From Gemmatimonadales bacterium (GTDB taxonomy: Bacteria; Gemmatimonadota; Gemmatimonadetes; Gemmatimonadales; GWC2-71-9), in the NCBI GenBank assembly GCA_039794085.1, contig JBDIWC010000091.1:1-10417 (forward strand): a DNA stretch of 10,417 nt. Reading direction: 5' to 3'. This document shows positions 7,407 to 10,417 of this stretch, piece after piece (the stretch's first letter is position 1; every line of letters begins with the position of its first letter). The translations under genes and the position numbers were made by a program. The notes under the pieces were generated by a model that made no database searches, had not been told where the DNA came from, and worked only from the letters and a program-made list of their open reading frames with translations.

Positions 7407-8796
7407 CCTGGGGCGACGCATGCGTCGCCCCTACGCCCCACTCCGCCCGATATCGCACGCTCTTCCGGTACGATCCGAGCCCGGTCCAGAGCAGGGCCAC
7501 CGCCCCCACCATGGCCACGGTGCTGGCCACCGCAAGCGAGTAGCGAAGAGCGGCGTCGTCTCGAAAGACGTAATCAGTCAGGAGGGCCACGCCGGTGGGT
7601 CCCAGGCCCAGACCCACGATGGAGAGGGCAAAGAGGTAGAGGGCGGACCCCTGGGCCCGCATCTGATTGGGAAAGAGCTCCTGCACCGCGGCCGCTCCCA
7701 CGCCGAACGGGATAGCGGCAAAGACGCTGAGGGGGACGAACAGAACCAGGGCACCGGTGGCGGTGGGCATGAGAGGAAAGAGCAGATCGGTGATGAGGAG
7801 CCCGGAGGCGGCCCAGGCGGCCACCAGAAGCTTGGCGTCGGTCCGTCCCCGTTGCATGAGGCGGTCGGCGTACCAGCCCCCCGCCACGATGCCCAGGGGG
7901 CCGAAGACGGCGGTGATGATCCCGAGCGCGATCCCGGCCCGCGACACCTCCCACCCGTAGGTGCGCACCATGAAGCTCGGGGCCCACGAGGCGAGTCCAT
8001 AGTTGGCGAGGGAGATGAGGGCCAGTCCGCCGTGATGATGGACAAAGGTTCGCGCGTTGTCCCGGATCCAGGTGAACACCGCCCGGACCGGAACCGTGGC
8101 CATCCCCACTCCGATGTCGCGGCGCACCGGCTCGCGGATCGTGAGGGTGAGGAGGGCCAGGAGCAGTCCCGGCGCCCCGACCACCAGAAAGACCACCTGC
8201 CAGGGGCGCATGACTCCGAACAGGGGCACGGTCCACATCGTGTCGGCACTCACCGCTCCCACGACCATCCCCCCGACCACGTTGGCGAGCCCCGCCCCGA
8301 TGTAGATCCCCATCGAGTAGACGCTGATGGCGGTGGCGAGGCGGTCGCGCGGGAAGTAGTCGGCGATCAGCGAGTAGGCCGGGGGGGAGAGGCCCGCCTC
8401 CCCGACTCCGACCCCGACGCGGGCCAGAAAGAGCTGGGTGTAGTTGCGGGCCATCCCCCCCGCCATGGTCATGACGCTCCACACCGCGATGGCGATTCCG
8501 ATGATTCCGCGCCGGCTCCACCGGTCGGCCAGCCATCCGATCGGGAATCCGAGCACGGTATAGAAGAGGGCGAAGGAGAGTCCCATGAGGAGACTCATCC
8601 CGGTGTCGGAAATGCCGAGATCGCGGCGGATCGGCGCGACGAGGAGGCCCAGGATCTGGCGATCGATGAAGGAACTGACGAACGCCACGGTGAGGAGCCC
8701 CACCACATACCAGGCGTAGGGCCGGGGCGGATACGGAACCGGGTCTGCGGGCTCGGCGGGTCCGCTACGGCCGGGCGTCGTGTCTTTGGGGGTCAC
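7387..8796 (-). CDS. MFS transporter, spinster-like family
   Basis: YAWYVVGLL…SFIDRQILGLL, motif A GWLADRWSRR, ARVGVGVGEAGLSPPA, second-half GGWYADR and about 12 hydrophobic segments. The GTG start is approximate. Confidence 0.94.
   Translation of the reverse strand: MTPKDTTPGRSGPAEPADPVPYPPRPYAWYVVGLLTVAFVSSFIDRQILGLLVAPIRRDLGISDTGMSLLMGLSFALFYTVLGFPIGWLADRWSRRGIIGIAIAVWSVMTMAGGMARNYTQLFLARVGVGVGEAGLSPPAYSLIADYFPRDRLATAISVYSMGIYIGAGLANVVGGMVVGAVSADTMWTVPLFGVMRPWQVVFLVVGAPGLLLALLTLTIREPVRRDIGVGMATVPVRAVFTWIRDNARTFVHHHGGLALISLANYGLASWAPSFMVRTYGWEVSRAGIALGIITAVFGPLGIVAGGWYADRLMQRGRTDAKLLVAAWAASGLLITDLLFPLMPTATGALVLFVPLSVFAAIPFGVGAAAVQELFPNQMRAQGSALYLFALSIVGLGLGPTGVALLTDYVFRDDAALRYSLAVASTVAMVGAVALLWTGLGSYRKSVRYRAEWGVGATHASPQEIRDRR
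7410..7434 (-). repeat. GTAG-family REP (GTAGGGGCGACGCATGCGTCGCCCC) inside the MFS coding tail
   Basis: Perfect 22-bp palindrome at 7410-7431 with a GTAG tetranucleotide at its minus-strand 5' end; it translates as VGATHASP. Confidence 0.85.
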
Positions 8797-8825
8797 GCCG
8801 GAACATAAGGAATCTCCGACTCATC

Positions 8826-8844
8826 GTCATCCCCGAGGGGATCC
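8826..8844 (+). repeat. Short GTCATCCCC-GA-GGGGATCC hairpin (REP-like, apparently internally shortened)
   Basis: ATCCCC/GGGGAT arms; it has the same GTCATCCC head as the 7312-7337 element, in opposite orientation. Confidence 0.5.
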
Positions 8845-8892
8845 ATGCCCACAGGACCAGACGACTACGAGGGGGCTCTTCCGAGATCTGGA

Positions 8893-8977
8893 ACCACGAA
8901 ATACACGAAAAGGCACGAACGAATGCCCTCCCCACCCTCCGTTCGTGTCCTTTCGCGCCTTTCGTAGCTTTCGGGGT
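8893..8977. repeat. Inverted pair of ~9-bp tandem arrays (CACGAAA units / TTTCGYG units)
   Basis: Left arm ACCACGAAA TACACGAAA AGGCACGAACG; right arm CGTTCGTGTCC TTTCGCGCC TTTCGTAGC TTTCGGGGT. The inner CACGAACG/CGTTCGTG pair is perfectly complementary. Confidence 0.85.
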
Positions 8978-9048
8978 CGCCACGGCGCGCCCCGGCGACA
9001 TCTCACCCGACCCGGTGTAAACTTCTCTCCAACAGACAAGGAGCGTGC

Positions 9049-10062
9049 GTGGCCGCCACCCCATCCCGACGCCGGGCCCCGACCCGCCCCGCGACCCCTC
9101 CCCCCTCTCCGTCCAGTCCCTCGGCGCCTCTGCCCTCTCCGTTCGTGCGGTTCACCCGCCGGGACTGGAGCCGGCTTCGCAAGGCGACGCCCCTCACCCT
9201 GACGCCCGCGGACCTGGCCGAGCTGCAGGGGGTGAACGAACAGCTCTCGCTCCCCGAGGTCTCCCAGATCTACCTTCCGCTGTCGCGCCTCCTGAGTCTC
9301 CATGTGGCCGCGGTGCAGGATCTGCACCGGGTCCGGGCCGGATTCGTGGGCCGCGCCACGCCGAAGGTTCCCTACATCATCGGCATCGCGGGGAGTGTCG
9401 CGGTGGGCAAGAGCACGGTGGCCCGCCTGCTCCGCGCCCTGCTGGCGCGGTGGCCCAGCCATCCGAAGGTGGAACTCGTCACCACCGACGGTTTCCTGCT
9501 GCCCAACCAGGTTCTCGAGCGGCGGAAGCTCATGCATCGGAAGGGGTTCCCGGAGAGCTACGACGTCAAGGGGCTGCTGGCCTTCCTCGACGGAATCAAG
9601 TCGGGGCAGCGGCTGGTCCGGGCCCCGATCTACTCCCATTTGGCCTACGACATCCTCCCCGACCGCCGGCAGGAGATCCGGCATCCCGACATCCTGATCC
9701 TCGAGGGCCTCAACGTGCTGCAGACGGGCCGTCTCGATCCCGCCCTGACCGGACCCGGCTTCGTCTCCGATTACTTCGACTTCTCACTGTATATTGATGC
9801 CGAGGAGGGGCACATCGAGAAGTGGTTCGTCGACCGCTTTCTCACCTTCCGGACCACCGCCTTCCGCGATCCGGCCTCGTATTTTCACCGCTATGCCGCC
9901 CTGTCGAAGCGGGAGGCCATTCGGGTGGCTCGCCAGGTTTGGCGGGAGATCAACCGAGTGAACCTGCGGGAAAACATCCTCCCCACCCGCACCCGGGCGG
10001 ACCTGATCCTGGCCAAGGGTCCGGACCATCGGATCGAGTCGGTGCAGTTGAGGAGGATCTGA
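9049..10062 (+). CDS. coaA: Type I pantothenate kinase
   Basis: IYLPLSRLL, Walker [60 protein letters not shown] and [26 protein letters not shown] precedes GTG 9049. Confidence 0.98.
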   Translation: MAATPSRRRAPTRPATPPPSPSSPSAPLPSPFVRFTRRDWSRLRKATPLTLTPADLAELQGVNEQLSLPEVSQIYLPLSRLLSLHVAAVQDLHRVRAGFVGRATPKVPYIIGIAGSVAVGKSTVARLLRALLARWPSHPKVELVTTDGFLLPNQVLERRKLMHRKGFPESYDVKGLLAFLDGIKSGQRLVRAPIYSHLAYDILPDRRQEIRHPDILILEGLNVLQTGRLDPALTGPGFVSDYFDFSLYIDAEEGHIEKWFVDRFLTFRTTAFRDPASYFHRYAALSKREAIRVARQVWREINRVNLRENILPTRTRADLILAKGPDHRIESVQLRRI

Positions 10063-10184
10063 ACGATAGGGAGTAGTCCCTTACGGACAAGATTGAACAC
10101 AAAACGGCAACAATATTTTGGGCGCCCCCCGGACACCCGCTCCGGCCGTGTGTGTGACGGCGTCTGTGACGGCATCCCACTTGG

Positions 10185-10210
10185 GGCTCTTCAGGGTTTC
10201 GCGTGGGTGA
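10185..10210 (+). mobile_element. Second ISL3-like terminal inverted repeat (orphan end or degenerate element extending rightwards)
   Basis: GGCTCTTCAGGGTTTCGCGTGGGTGA matches the reverse complement of 294-319 at 17/26 positions, including GGnTCTTCA and GTGGGT at identical spacing. Confidence 0.55.
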
Positions 10211-10313
10211 GAGACACGTCGATCGGGCGCGTTGTCGGCACGGTGCGAGGGGACGCCCCGGAGTCCGGGGACCCGCCCTGGGGATTCGGGTGGTCAGGCG
10301 GGCGAGGGGAATG

Positions 10314-10400
10314 GCCACAAAAAGCACAGAAGTCACAAGAGGCACGCCCCTCTGCCACCAGGGGGGGGAGAGGTTTTGTGCCTTTTGTGCTTCTTGTGGT
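10314..10400. repeat. Inverted pair of 3 x 9-bp tandem arrays (CACAAAA units / TTTTGTG units)
   Basis: GCCACAAAA AGCACAGAA GTCACAAGA (10314-10340) versus TTTTGTGCC TTTTGTGCT TCTTGTGGT (10374-10400); same architecture as 8893-8977. Confidence 0.85.
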
Positions 10401-10417
10401 TGGCTCTGGGGGGGGGA

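Noticed and set aside
8874..8899. GGCTCTTCC as a third ISL3 end
   Set aside because: Only the first 8 bases match; the inner GTGGGT block is absent.
8893..8977. Repeat arrays as a CRISPR array
   Set aside because: Units are 7-13 bp, degenerate and adjacent, with no unique spacers of about 30 bp and no cas genes.
7333..9797. ORFs 7333..8808 (+), 7574..8536 (-), 8827..9684 (-) and 9045..9797 (+)
   Set aside because: They are antisense or alternative frames of MFS and coaA.

Overview
This is GC-rich bacterial DNA; the gene families suggest Gemmatimonadota, which is inference only. From left to right it holds: the 3' end and right terminus of an ISL3-family IS; a lipoprotein gene that the IS truncates and that also carries an in-frame TAG; a 452-aa putative beta-propeller lipoprotein (-); and a frameshifted remnant of an MFS gene 3' end. 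Next come an M28-family peptidase, an aldo/keto reductase and a small lipoprotein (all +). These are followed by a second, paralogous 466-aa propeller lipoprotein (-), a dense cluster of REP-like repeats, an intact spinster-like MFS transporter (-) and a divergently oriented type I pantothenate kinase (coaA, +). coaA is flanked by nonamer-array hairpins, and a second ISL3-like end lies near the right edge. The most notable structure is that the unit [MFS 3' end - promoter region - propeller lipoprotein] occurs twice, about 5.1 kb apart, with no integrase in the window. The left unit looks degraded: its promoter is altered by a 13-bp tandem duplication and its downstream gene is doubly disrupted.
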